Origin: Deltaproteobacteria bacterium
Lineage (GTDB): Bacteria > Myxococcota_A > Polyangia > Polyangiales > Houyiibacteriaceae
Direction of reading: 5' to 3'
Length of the DNA: 64,000 nucleotides
Assembly: GCA_019313915.1 (NCBI GenBank)
Contig: JAFDAJ010000002.1
Location: 31,098-95,097 of the forward strand
Under the pieces are notes generated by a model. It saw nothing but the letters and a program-made list of their open reading frames with translations, searched no databases and was not told where the DNA came from. A program made the translations under genes and the position numbers. Within the stretch, counting starts at the first letter, position 1. Each line of letters starts with the position of its first letter. This document shows positions 1 to 8,897 of the stretch, in pieces.

Positions 1-1829
1 GTGCGAAGCATGTACTGCGTGACGGACTTGCCCGCGAGCTTCGTCGCCAGGTCCGGCATCAACTGCATCAACCCGACCGCACCGGCCCGACTCACGACCT
101 CAGGACGAAAACCGCTCTCCTGACGCATGGTCGCGTACACCAAAGCCCGCGGAAGGTCGGCACGATGCTCGTCGACGATCGAACGCCACGGCATTGGGTA
201 CGCGGCTTCCCACCACCAACGATGCTTGGACGGGTCGCTGTGGAGATAGGTCATACGTCGGCGTGCGATGAGAAGTGCGTCGCGATAGGCGCCGGCGTCG
301 CGATACAGCAGCGCGAGAAGCGGGATGCGTTGTGTTTTGGAATGCTCCGCGACAAGCACATTCTCGTGCGCATTGAGCCAGGCAATGCCGTCGAGGTCGA
401 GGCCGAGGCGCCGATACGCATCGAAGGTCTCCGGCAGGGGCAGACCCCTCTCCGGAACCTCAACCGAGGTTAGTACGGCTGCGTTCTCGAACGGCGCCGG
501 CGGTTTCACCTTGAGCCTCTTCAGGCGACCGGCGGCCAGAACGGCGTACCAATGCAACGGCTCGACGGCGATGGTCTTGCGGTAGGCGTCAATCGCCTTC
601 GGTCCCCGTCGGTAGGAGCGTCCTAGCCAATAGAGGCCACGTGCCGCGTCCATCGAGCTGGTGACGAGTGTGCTGTACTGAGAAAGGTAGTGGGCCGCCC
701 GGGCGTAGCGGCGCGTTTCGAACGCGCGAAAACCGAGCTCCCAAACCGCCGAGCGGCGCCATCGACCGCGCACGGCGGACTTTCCTCGCAGCAGCCGTTC
801 CATTTGCCTTTCACCGTTGGGGCGCCCGAGCCTGATCTCCAGCCACGCCGCGAGGAATCGGGCCTCGGGTGTCCGCTTGCTGCGAGGGTAGCGTTGGGCA
901 AACCGCCGATATGAGCGGATCGCGCGGGCGTCTTGGTCGGCGCGCGACAGCGCGCGCGCCGAATGAAAGGCGTCCTCGATCTCGTGCTCGCCGCGCAGCA
1001 GTGCGGACTGGTGGAGAACGCGCGCCGCGTCGAGGTAACGCGTGCGCGTGCGAAACAGAGCCATGCCGTAGACGTGTCGCCAGCGGGCATCGAGTGCGGC
1101 GTCGTCTCGCACGTCCACCGCGTCGAGCTCCTCGACGGCTTTGGCGAAGCGGCGAGCGTTCATCAGTTCCTCGGCCCGCGAGATCCGGTCCGACCGGCTC
1201 GGTGCCGCGTGCTCTTGCAGCTTGCGAGCGGCGCTCTGCTGTCCCGGTAGAACGGCAGATTTCCACGCTTCGAGTGCAGCGTTCCTCGCGTCGTCAGGGC
1301 GCTCGAGCTCGACATAGACGTCGGACAGGATGGCGAGCAGCGCAACGCGATTGCTGATGCCGCCTTTTCGGCGCGTAAGCCTTTCGAGCTCCTCCGCGGC
1401 CACCTCGAGCTCACCGAGCTGAACCGCACAATCCGCAGCGACGGCGCGGTCCCGTCGGGTTACCGCAATGTCGCTCGACGGGGTGCTGAGGAGTATCGGT
1501 CGCGCGTCGGCGCAGTGCCCGCATTGCGCGGCGGCGATGGCCCATTGGCGTATCGAGTCATGGCGTATCGACTCCGGAAGCGATTCCGGAGTTCGTGCGA
1601 GCCGGCCCATGGCATCGCAAGGCCGGCCAACACCAAGAAGCAGGCGACCCTCTAGGTAGCGCAGTGTATCCGCCTCGCGCGCTTCCTCTGAAAGAAGCTC
1701 GAGCTCCTTCAGCGCGCCGCGCTCGTCTCCGATGCGAACCAAGGCGGCAACACGATCGAGCCCCTCCTCGGCCAGCGCCCCAACGCCGACGAGCAATGCG
1801 AACCCCGCCACAAGCCAAAAACGTCGCAA
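1..1829 (-). CDS. Soluble lytic murein transglycosylase (Slt70-like); C-terminal end truncated by the window edge
   Basis: Runs off the left edge, so it is absent from the ORF track. My minus-strand translation from TTG 1829 (in-frame TAG at 1842-1844 just upstream) gives a signal-like LRRFWLVAGFALLVGVGALAEE and ~500 aa of helical repeats. It ends at nt ~1-130 with ...LVYATMRQESGFRPEVVSRAGAVGLMQLMPDLATKLAG, the SLT catalytic motif. Confidence 0.85.
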   Translation of the reverse strand, partial: MRRFWLVAGFALLVGVGALAEEGLDRVAALVRIGDERGALKELELLSEEAREADTLRYLEGRLLLGVGRPCDAMGRLARTPESLPESIRHDSIRQWAIAAAQCGHCADARPILLSTPSSDIAVTRRDRAVAADCAVQLGELEVAAEELERLTRRKGGISNRVALLAILSDVYVELERPDDARNAALEAWKSAVLPGQQSAARKLQEHAAPSRSDRISRAEELMNARRFAKAVEELDAVDVRDDAALDARWRHVYGMALFRTRTRYLDAARVLHQSALLRGEHEIEDAFHSARALSRADQDARAIRSYRRFAQRYPRSKRTPEARFLAAWLEIRLGRPNGERQMERLLRGKSAVRGRWRRSAVWELGFRAFETRRYARAAHYLSQYSTLVTSSMDAARGLYWLGRSYRRGPKAIDAYRKTIAVEPLHWYAVLAAGRLKRLKVKPPAPFENAAVLTSVEVPERGLPLPETFDAYRRLGLDLDGIAWLNAHENVLVAEHSKTQRIPLLALLYRDAGAYRDALLIARRRMTYLHSDPSKHRWWWEAAYPMPWRSIVDEHRADLPRALVYATMRQESGFRPEVVSRAGAVGLMQLMPDLATKLAGKSVTQYMLR

Positions 1830-1913
1830 TCTGGAGGGAATCTAACACTCATTGGCGTTCACGCAGAGCGATTGGCGATCGAACGATGCGTCCCGTATGC
1901 TCCGCCGCTGACA

Positions 1914-2348
1914 ATGGGACGCGCGACTATCTTATTGCTTGCCGGTCTTGCGGTAGCGGGGTGCAACAACCACATCGGAGACAGCTGCGGTAACTCCACC
2001 GATTGCTCGGTCACCGGTGACCGCCAGTGTGACCTGGCTCAGCCAGGCGGCTACTGCACGGTGTTTGCATGCGACGCGGACACCTGTCCCGAGGGCGCTT
2101 GCGTCGAGTGGCGCTTCATCCCGAGCCGCACGGCGGAAACCTGGTGCATGAAGACCTGCGACGATACCTCAAATTGCCGTTTCGACTACACCTGCGTCCT
2201 GCCGAATCAAATCACGATGACCGGGGAGTTCGACCCAGACCTGCCCTCGGAAGATCGGGTCGCGCGCATCATCGACCTCGACACCTACAAGGCCGAAGCC
2301 AAGATCTGCGTGGCCCTGTTGCCGCTGGAGATCGACGGGGGTCTGTAA
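1914..2348 (+). CDS. Cys-rich lipoprotein, unknown function
   Basis: Part of ORF 1872..2348. ATG 1914 gives MGRATILLLAGLAVAGC, a classic lipobox. The mature part carries at least 10 Cys (CGNSTDC, CDLAQPGGYC, CDADTCPEGAC, CMKTCDDTSNC). No family recognised. Confidence 0.7.
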   Translation: MGRATILLLAGLAVAGCNNHIGDSCGNSTDCSVTGDRQCDLAQPGGYCTVFACDADTCPEGACVEWRFIPSRTAETWCMKTCDDTSNCRFDYTCVLPNQITMTGEFDPDLPSEDRVARIIDLDTYKAEAKICVALLPLEIDGGL

Positions 2349-2402
2349 CCCGGTCCGGCAGGGAAACCGACGCCGGAGCGGATCGAGCGTAGTATTGCCC
2401 GG

Positions 2403-3347
2403 ATGATGTCTCCGGGCCTCTTGCGGTATCTGGTGGGCCGCCTCGTGCGGGCATTGCTGACCGTCGTCGGCTTGGTGACGATCGTGTTCTTGCTCGTGCG
2501 CCTGATCCCGGGTGACCCCGTGGAGGCGATCCTCGGAGACCAGGCAAGCCCCGAAGAAAAGGCCGAGTTGCGGCGCGCGCTCAACCTCGACCGACCGGTC
2601 GGGGAGCAGTACCTGTCCTTCCTCGGGGACATGGCGGACGGCAGCATGGGAACGTCGTTCCGGCAGCCCGATCGATCGGTGTGGTCCATGGCGCGCGAAG
2701 TGCTGCCACACACAATCGTCCTTGCTCTCGCCGCTTTGTTCGTCGCGTGGTTCGTCGCGATTCCACTCGGCGCTATCGCAGCCGCCAATGCGGGCAGGGG
2801 CTGGGATAAAGTTGCATCGACGGTGGCCGTGGCAGGATTGGCGATCCCGAACATCTGGCTTGGACCTCTGTTGATTCTCGCGTTCGGCGTGAAGCTTCGG
2901 TGGCTACCATTGCCCGGAGACGACCTCGGCGGCCCCGAAGCATTGATCCTTCCCGCGATCACGATTGGAACCGCGCTCGCCGCGATTCTGACCCGGCAGA
3001 CCCGCGCGGCGATGATCGAGGTGCTCGCCCAACAATACATCACCGCCGCGCGTGCTCGAGGGGTTCCGTCGATCCCGCTGCTCCTGCGCCACGCGCTTCG
3101 AAACGCGCTGCTGCCGGTGATCACGATCGGCGCTGCGCAGCTGGGCGCCCTTCTCTCTGGCACGGTGGTCACTGAGAAGATCTTCGAGCGGCCTGGGCTC
3201 GGGACGCTGTTTCTCGACGCTTTCTTCGCTCGTGACATCCCGGTGGTTCAGGGCTGCGTGCTCATCATCGCGGTGATCTACGTCGTCGTGAACCTCGCGG
3301 TGGACTTGGCGTACGGGGTGATCGACCCGAGGGTGAGGCTGTCGTGA
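2403..3347 (+). CDS. ABC transporter permease, DppB/OppB/NikB type
   Basis: 314 aa polytopic protein. The N-terminus LLRYLVGRLVRALLTVVGLVTIVFLLVRLIPGDP and the C-terminus DLAYGVIDPRVRL are typical of peptide/nickel family permeases. Confidence 0.85.
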   Translation: MMSPGLLRYLVGRLVRALLTVVGLVTIVFLLVRLIPGDPVEAILGDQASPEEKAELRRALNLDRPVGEQYLSFLGDMADGSMGTSFRQPDRSVWSMAREVLPHTIVLALAALFVAWFVAIPLGAIAAANAGRGWDKVASTVAVAGLAIPNIWLGPLLILAFGVKLRWLPLPGDDLGGPEALILPAITIGTALAAILTRQTRAAMIEVLAQQYITAARARGVPSIPLLLRHALRNALLPVITIGAAQLGALLSGTVVTEKIFERPGLGTLFLDAFFARDIPVVQGCVLIIAVIYVVVNLAVDLAYGVIDPRVRLS

Positions 3348-4162
3348 CGAGGATTCGCACGCGCCTTCGAAAGACGCCGATCGGTTTGGCGATCGTGATC
3401 GGCTTCTTCGTGCTTGGGCTCATCGGTCCGTGGATCGCGCCCTACGACCCACTCATGATCGACCTCTTGCACGAGTATGAGCCGCCTTCATGGACGCACT
3501 TGCTCGGAACGGGGGACAACGGGATCGACATTCTGAGCGCCTTGCTCCATGGCGCTCGGCTCGCGGCGATCGTCGGAATCGTCGTCGTCGGGGTGTCCGT
3601 CGTATTTGGCACGCTGCTCGGCACGTGGGCCGGCTACGCGGGGCGGCTCACGGACCACGCGGTCACCGGGGTCGCCGACCTGGTGCAGGCCTTTCCAGCA
3701 ATCGTGCTGAACATCGCGGTTCTTGCCCTGGTCGCTCGACCAGGTCTCATGCACTTGATCCTCGCCCTCGCGGTCAACGGATGGGTGCTGTACGCGCGCC
3801 TAGCGCGCGCCGAAACACTGGCACTGCGAGAGCGCGAGTTCGTCGAGGCAGCGCGCGCGCTCGGCGTGCCCACGCATGAAGTCCTACGCCGCCACGTGAT
3901 TCCCAATCTGCTCGGGCCGCTCGTCATTCAGGCAACCACCGGACTGGGTGTGGTGATCCTAGCGGAATCAACGTTGTCGTTCCTCGGCCTCGGCCCCGGA
4001 AAAGCCGTGTCCTGGGGCGCTCTTCTCGATCAGGGCACGAGCGTGCTGTTGCGCTTTCCGCACGTCGCATTGTTCTCGGGCGGCGCGATCGCGTTGACCG
4101 TGCTGGGCTTCAATCTGACGGGCGACTGGTTGCGCGACCGCCTCGATCCGCGCCTCCGATAG
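3344..4162 (+). CDS. ABC transporter permease, DppC/OppC/NikC type
   Basis: 272 aa; start overlaps the upstream stop by 4 nt. Shows WTHLLGTGDNGIDILSALLHGARLA and the C-terminal LTGDWLRDRLDPRL typical of the second permease of peptide/nickel ABC systems. Confidence 0.85.
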   Translation: MTRIRTRLRKTPIGLAIVIGFFVLGLIGPWIAPYDPLMIDLLHEYEPPSWTHLLGTGDNGIDILSALLHGARLAAIVGIVVVGVSVVFGTLLGTWAGYAGRLTDHAVTGVADLVQAFPAIVLNIAVLALVARPGLMHLILALAVNGWVLYARLARAETLALREREFVEAARALGVPTHEVLRRHVIPNLLGPLVIQATTGLGVVILAESTLSFLGLGPGKAVSWGALLDQGTSVLLRFPHVALFSGGAIALTVLGFNLTGDWLRDRLDPRLR

Positions 4163-4164
4163 CC

Positions 4165-5064
4165 ATGCCCGAGCTTCCCGATATCGAGCTTTACCGGCAC
4201 GCGCTCCGATCGCGTGTGGTCGGCAAGGTGCTCGAACGCGTGCGACTTGCGTCGCCATTCGTCCTCAGAAGCGTAGACCCGCCGATTGGCGCCGTAGAAG
4301 GGAAACGAGTGCTCGACGTGCGCCGGCTGGGCAAACGGATCGTGCTCGTCCTCGAAGACGACCTGTACGTGGTACTGCATCTGATGATCGCCGGGCGACT
4401 TCGCTGGAAGTCGCCAGGGCACAAGATGCCTGGCCGAATGGGCCTTGGGGCATTCGACTTCGCCAGCGGAACGCTATTGTTGACCGAGGCGAGCAAGAAG
4501 AAGCGCGCCGCCCTGCACGTATGCCGCGGACAGAACGCCCTACTCGAGCACGACCCTGGGGGAATCGAGCCACTGGAAGTCGACTGCGCCGGCTTTCGAA
4601 ACGCGCTGACCGAACGGAACCACACCGTGAAACGAGCCCTGACCGATCCAAGGATCGTCAGCGGGATCGGAAACGCGTATTCCGACGAGATCCTTCTGCG
4701 GGCAAAGCTCTCTCCGCTGATCTGGACACAGCGGCTGACCGGCGAACAGATCGGGCTCCTGTATGACGCGACGCGGAACGTACTGTCGGAATGGGTGGCG
4801 CGATTGGCAGAGCAACACGGCGATGAGTTTCCGGAACAGGTGACCGCGTTTCGCCCGGAGATGGCCGCGCACGGCAAGTACGGCGAACCTTGCCCGGCAT
4901 GTGGCGATCCAATCCAACGAATCGTCTTCGCAGATCGGGAAACCAACTATTGCGCGACGTGCCAAACTGGCGGGAAACTTCTCGCCGATCGTGCGCTTTC
5001 CAGGTTGCTCAAGGGGGATTGGCCACGTTCCCTCGAAGAGCTCGAGTCCCTGCGCCGAAGCTAA
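4165..5064 (+). CDS. Fpg/Nei family DNA glycosylase/AP lyase
   Basis: 299 aa. N-terminal MPELPDIE (catalytic Pro2/Glu3), a central H2TH-like region, and a C-terminal zinc finger CPACGDPIQ...YCATCQTGG. Confidence 0.85.
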   Translation: MPELPDIELYRHALRSRVVGKVLERVRLASPFVLRSVDPPIGAVEGKRVLDVRRLGKRIVLVLEDDLYVVLHLMIAGRLRWKSPGHKMPGRMGLGAFDFASGTLLLTEASKKKRAALHVCRGQNALLEHDPGGIEPLEVDCAGFRNALTERNHTVKRALTDPRIVSGIGNAYSDEILLRAKLSPLIWTQRLTGEQIGLLYDATRNVLSEWVARLAEQHGDEFPEQVTAFRPEMAAHGKYGEPCPACGDPIQRIVFADRETNYCATCQTGGKLLADRALSRLLKGDWPRSLEELESLRRS

Positions 5065-5137
5065 CTGCCTTGTAGGGACCTTCGGGCGCACTAGAAATGT
5101 GCCTGTACCCATTTTGACGGTACGTTGCGTCTGACAC

Positions 5138-7789
5138 ATGCGTTTTTCCATTCGCCGAGAGGATCGCAGGAACCTCGCCGTGGGCTTCGTCGGCTTGCTG
5201 GCGATCATGACTGCCCATTCGGTGATGGAGACCGCGCGCGACACGTTATTCCTGACGAGCCTGCCGGCGACGCATCTGCCACGCGCCTATCTCGCGATCG
5301 CCCTTCTCGCGATCCTGGAGCTCGAGGTCCACGAACGAGTGCTCCGGCAGATACGCGACCGCAGGACGCTCTTGGCAGCCTCGCTCCTCTTTGGCTCCCT
5401 CGTCACACTGGGCTTCTGGGCTCTGCTCGATGATCTCGGCGCGTGGGCGCCGTTCGGCTTCTATGTCTGGACAGGTCTCCTGATCACGGTTGTCCTCATC
5501 GAGTTCTGGCTGTTGCTGGACGATGCGGTGACCGTCACGCAGGCGAAACGCATCTTTCCCGCAATTGCCGCAGGCGGGGTGATCGGCGCGATGTTGGGGT
5601 CGTTGCTCGCCGAGGGCTTGCTGCGAGTGGCTTCCCCCATCGAGCTCGTGTTCGCGGCCGCAATCATTTTGACGCTCACGTCGGCGACTCCGTTTCTATG
5701 GAAGATGCCGCGCGACGCGTCAGCGGATCACCCAGTGTCCGAGCCCGGGCGTTCGCTCGGCTGGCTTCTCCGCGATAGTTATCTTTCGCGCGTTCTGACG
5801 CTGGTCTTGATGGGAACGATCGCGCTCACAATCGTGGATTTCGTATTCAAGAGCACGGTCGCAGACCACATCCCCGTGGAGGGCCTCGGCGCATTCTTCG
5901 CGCGCTTCTATCTCGGTCTCAACTCGGTAGCCTTGCTGGTCCAGATCGTTGGCGCCGGGTGGCTCCTGCGCGCATTTGGCGCACACCGGAGCTCTGCCCT
6001 ACTGCCGGTACTGATCTTCGGCGGCGCGATGGGCCTTGCCCTTGGGCCAATTCTGCCGTTTGCCGTCGCGCTCAAGGCAGTCGACGGGAGCTTGCGCCAC
6101 ACCTTGTACCGTAGCTCGGTAGAGGTGTTGTATCTGCCGCTCGACAGCCGTCGGCGCGAACGGGCGAAGGGCATCATCGAGGTGTTCGGGCACCGCGTCG
6201 GACAGGCGGTTGCGTCGCTGCTGATTATCGTGGCGGTCGGTGTGGGCCTAACGACGCAGCACCTGGGCGTGATCCTGCTGTTCTTGGTTGCGGCGTGGGT
6301 CATGGCGATCATGTCGACGCGGCATCAATACGTCGACGAGTTTCGCGCACGACTCCGGCAGGGCGTCATCGATACCCAACTCGAGCTAGAGCAGCTGGAC
6401 CGCCACTCCCTCGACGTTCTGCTCAATGCGTTGAACAGCGATCAGGATCCGGAAGTGCTCGCCGCAATCGACATCTTCGATCGGCACGGAAGGGCCGACA
6501 TGATCCCAGTGCTGGTGCTCTATCACCCCTCAACCGAAGTCCGCAGCCGTGCGCTCGAGGCCTTTGCCGAAGCGAGCGATCGTCGCTTCGTCCCGGTGGC
6601 TCGACGCATGCTCTCGGATGACGATCCCGACGTCCGTGCCGCCGCGCTTCGGGCGCTAACGGCGGTCGTCCCAAGCCGGAAGCTTCTGGAAGAGAAGCTC
6701 GATCTCGAAGCTTCGATCGTTCGGGCCACGGCATTGGTGGGGCTCCTATCGTTGAACCACGAGACTGGAAATGGGGGCGGCGTGTCGGCTTCGAAGCTAG
6801 ACGAGTGGACGGGCTCAGCCAGCGCGCGAACCCAATCCTCCCTCGCGCGCGCGATTCGGCATGAAGGCGGGCCGGTCTTTCACGAAACATTGATCAAACT
6901 CATCGAGACCGCCGACGACTCGGTGCGGCTCGAGACGCTGCGAGCCATGGAAGCAAGCCCCGACGCGCGCTACTTGCCGCGCCTGCTGCCCCTCTTGGCA
7001 AGCTCGGACCTGCGCGCTGCGGCACGTAAGGCCGTGGTCGCGATTGGCTCTGAGGCGCTGCTCGCCCTTGACGACGCGCTTGCGGACCCATCGACGCCTC
7101 GCAAAGTGCGGCGGCGCATTCCTCACACGATCATCTTGTTCGAATCGCAGGAAGCTGCCGACATTCTGCTCCAGCATCTGGAGCGGGAGCGCGAAGGTGG
7201 CGTGCGGCTCAAGATCTCGCGGGCACTCGGTCGCTTGCAAGCGACTCAGCCGTCGCTGGTCCTCGACGATACGCTCTTGCAGGAACAGCTTCGGTCGAGC
7301 TTGCTGCGTGTCGTGCAGCTTCTTCAGTGGCGCGCGGCAATTGAGAGCAACGGTACGCCCGAGACCACGGACGCCGAGCTGCTACGCGTGGCGCTTCAAG
7401 ACAAAGAGCGAGCAGCCCTGGAGCGCGCGTTCGGGCTGATGGGTCTCAGGCATCCCGAGGAAAATTTCACGCTGGTTTGGCGGGGCGTGACGAGTGACAA
7501 CCCGCGGATGCAAGCTGCGGGGCATGAGGTGTTGGAGGCGGCATTGCCTGGTTCCTTCCGTGAAGCCGTGCTGGCGATCATCGACGACGGAGAACCACCG
7601 GCACGACGTGCACGCGTGGCTGCCGCATCGCTCGGAGCAACCGTACGACAGATGTCACACGAAGAGGCGGTCACGGAGATGATGCAAGACCGGAGCGAGG
7701 TCGTGCGAGAGATCGCGGCTCACCACACGAGGGAGCTCGACCAGACAGCGGCGCAGGACGCGGCGCAGGAGGTGCCGAGACTTGTCTGA
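5138..7789 (+). CDS. Polytopic membrane carrier (TLC/ADP-ATP-carrier-like, MFS-like) fused to a C-terminal HEAT-repeat domain
   Basis: 883 aa. The first ~430 aa are hydrophobic multi-helix; the N-terminus RNLAVGFVGLLAIMTAHSVMETARDTLFL resembles COG3202-type carriers. The last ~450 aa are HEAT-like repeats (DPEVLAAIDIFDRHG, STEVRSRALEAF, DPDVRAAALRAL, DDSVRLETLRAM). Family call by eye. Confidence 0.6.
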   Translation: MRFSIRREDRRNLAVGFVGLLAIMTAHSVMETARDTLFLTSLPATHLPRAYLAIALLAILELEVHERVLRQIRDRRTLLAASLLFGSLVTLGFWALLDDLGAWAPFGFYVWTGLLITVVLIEFWLLLDDAVTVTQAKRIFPAIAAGGVIGAMLGSLLAEGLLRVASPIELVFAAAIILTLTSATPFLWKMPRDASADHPVSEPGRSLGWLLRDSYLSRVLTLVLMGTIALTIVDFVFKSTVADHIPVEGLGAFFARFYLGLNSVALLVQIVGAGWLLRAFGAHRSSALLPVLIFGGAMGLALGPILPFAVALKAVDGSLRHTLYRSSVEVLYLPLDSRRRERAKGIIEVFGHRVGQAVASLLIIVAVGVGLTTQHLGVILLFLVAAWVMAIMSTRHQYVDEFRARLRQGVIDTQLELEQLDRHSLDVLLNALNSDQDPEVLAAIDIFDRHGRADMIPVLVLYHPSTEVRSRALEAFAEASDRRFVPVARRMLSDDDPDVRAAALRALTAVVPSRKLLEEKLDLEASIVRATALVGLLSLNHETGNGGGVSASKLDEWTGSASARTQSSLARAIRHEGGPVFHETLIKLIETADDSVRLETLRAMEASPDARYLPRLLPLLASSDLRAAARKAVVAIGSEALLALDDALADPSTPRKVRRRIPHTIILFESQEAADILLQHLEREREGGVRLKISRALGRLQATQPSLVLDDTLLQEQLRSSLLRVVQLLQWRAAIESNGTPETTDAELLRVALQDKERAALERAFGLMGLRHPEENFTLVWRGVTSDNPRMQAAGHEVLEAALPGSFREAVLAIIDDGEPPARRARVAAASLGATVRQMSHEEAVTEMMQDRSEVVREIAAHHTRELDQTAAQDAAQEVPRLV

Positions 7790-8717
7790 GAAAGCACCGA
7801 AACCCTCTCAAATGGACCGATTTCAGCGCTTCTTGTTCCTGCGGACGATGCCGGCGCTCGCTGAGGTGCCGCCGGAAGTCTCCCAGGTCATCGCGGCGAA
7901 CACACGCGAGCGCTTCTTTGCGGAGGGGGAATACCTCTACCGAAGCGGCGTCCCCGCGCTCGAGATTCAATACGTGGTGAGCGGTGAGTGCGAGATCGTT
8001 CGCAACGGAAGAGCGGTGCGACGCTTGGGCGCGCGCAGCGTGGTCGGTGGAGTGAGCGCGCTCGCAGGTGAAGAGCTAGGTTACGACTGCATCGCACTCG
8101 AAGACATGGTTACACTCGCGATCGCCGTCGAAGATTCGCAAGAGATTTTCGAGGACCATTTCGTGCTACTCAAGCGCGTGCTCCGAGGAACCAGCCGCGA
8201 GGTGCTCGAGTCACGACGCAAGCTCGGACAAAGCGCCGGCTTTGGTCCGGTGGCCAAGCCGTTTGCTTTTCCCGATCGACCTTTCGATCTCGTCGAGCGA
8301 ATGGCATTCCTCCGAAAGACCCTTTCCTTTGGCGACAGCGAGATCGACGCAATCGCCGACCTCGCGCGTGACGTTCAAGAGGTCCACCTTCCCAAAGGCG
8401 AAGTCCTCTGGAACGTCGGCGATCGAAGCACGTACTTCCTGCTCCCGCTCCGCGGCGTCGTGGACTGCCAAGCCACCGACCCAGATCAACACTTCCAGCT
8501 CGGCCCAAGCGACTCCGTAGGCGCCATCGATGCCATGGCGGACGAGCGGCGCTGGTTCCGAGCCGAAGTCCTCGAAGACCTAGTCGCCTTCCGCATCGAC
8601 CAGGAGTCCCTCCTCGAGCTCCTCGAAGACCACTTCGCCATGGCCATGTCTCTCCTAAAAAGCATGGCCGCCGGCATCCTCCACCTATACGACCACGGAC
8701 ACTCTCCACCATCCTGA
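7782..8717 (+). CDS. Tandem cyclic-nucleotide-binding-domain-like protein without an output domain
   Basis: 311 aa; TTG start overlaps the upstream stop by 8 nt. Two cNMP-like modules (FLFLRTMPALAEVPPEV...GEYLYRSG; FLRKTLSFGDSEIDAIADLAR...GEVLWNVGD). The canonical FGE / R[ST]A phosphate-binding cassette is not obvious. Confidence 0.65.
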   Translation: MSEKAPKPSQMDRFQRFLFLRTMPALAEVPPEVSQVIAANTRERFFAEGEYLYRSGVPALEIQYVVSGECEIVRNGRAVRRLGARSVVGGVSALAGEELGYDCIALEDMVTLAIAVEDSQEIFEDHFVLLKRVLRGTSREVLESRRKLGQSAGFGPVAKPFAFPDRPFDLVERMAFLRKTLSFGDSEIDAIADLARDVQEVHLPKGEVLWNVGDRSTYFLLPLRGVVDCQATDPDQHFQLGPSDSVGAIDAMADERRWFRAEVLEDLVAFRIDQESLLELLEDHFAMAMSLLKSMAAGILHLYDHGHSPPS

Positions 8718-8753
8718 CCAGTGCCAGTGCCAGTGCCAGTGCCAGTGCCAGCG
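8718..8753. repeat. Hexanucleotide microsatellite (CCAGTG)x5 plus one imperfect unit (CCAGCG)
   Basis: Read directly: ccagtg ccagtg ccagtg ccagtg ccagtg ccagcg. It starts 1 nt after the TGA (8715-8717) of the cNMP-domain gene. Confidence 0.95.
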
Positions 8754-8859
8754 TGACATCTGATCGGAGCATTTCCAGCACTATGGCGATTTCATCGCTT
8801 CGATTTTTATTTTAATTTCCCTTTATTTTCAGTCTGTTAGGGAGGTGGAGAGTGTCCCC

Positions 8860-8887
8860 TTGTAACTGATTATTTGTTCAGTATACT
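8860..8887 (+). promoter_or_regulatory. Putative sigma70-type promoter with an embedded LexA-like (SOS) operator upstream of imuA
   Basis: TTGTAA (8860-8865), 16 nt, TATACT (8882-8887). The spacer is the palindrome CTGAttatttgtTCAG (8866-8881). It matches 14/17 of the CTRHAMRYBYGTTCAGS LexA box I recall for Myxococcus. It lies in the only AT-rich gap here, directly before the SOS mutasome operon. Confidence 0.5.
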
Positions 8888-8897
8888 GGGTGGTCCC

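Noticed and set aside
2285-3238. 317-aa minus-strand ORF antisense to the DppB-type permease gene
   Set aside because: Arg/Ser/Ala/Pro-rich, low-complexity translation typical of shadow ORFs in high-GC DNA. The plus-strand permease has clear family motifs.
8718-8753. Possible CRISPR-like array
   Set aside because: The unit is only 6 bp with no spacers, and there are no cas genes. It is a simple microsatellite.
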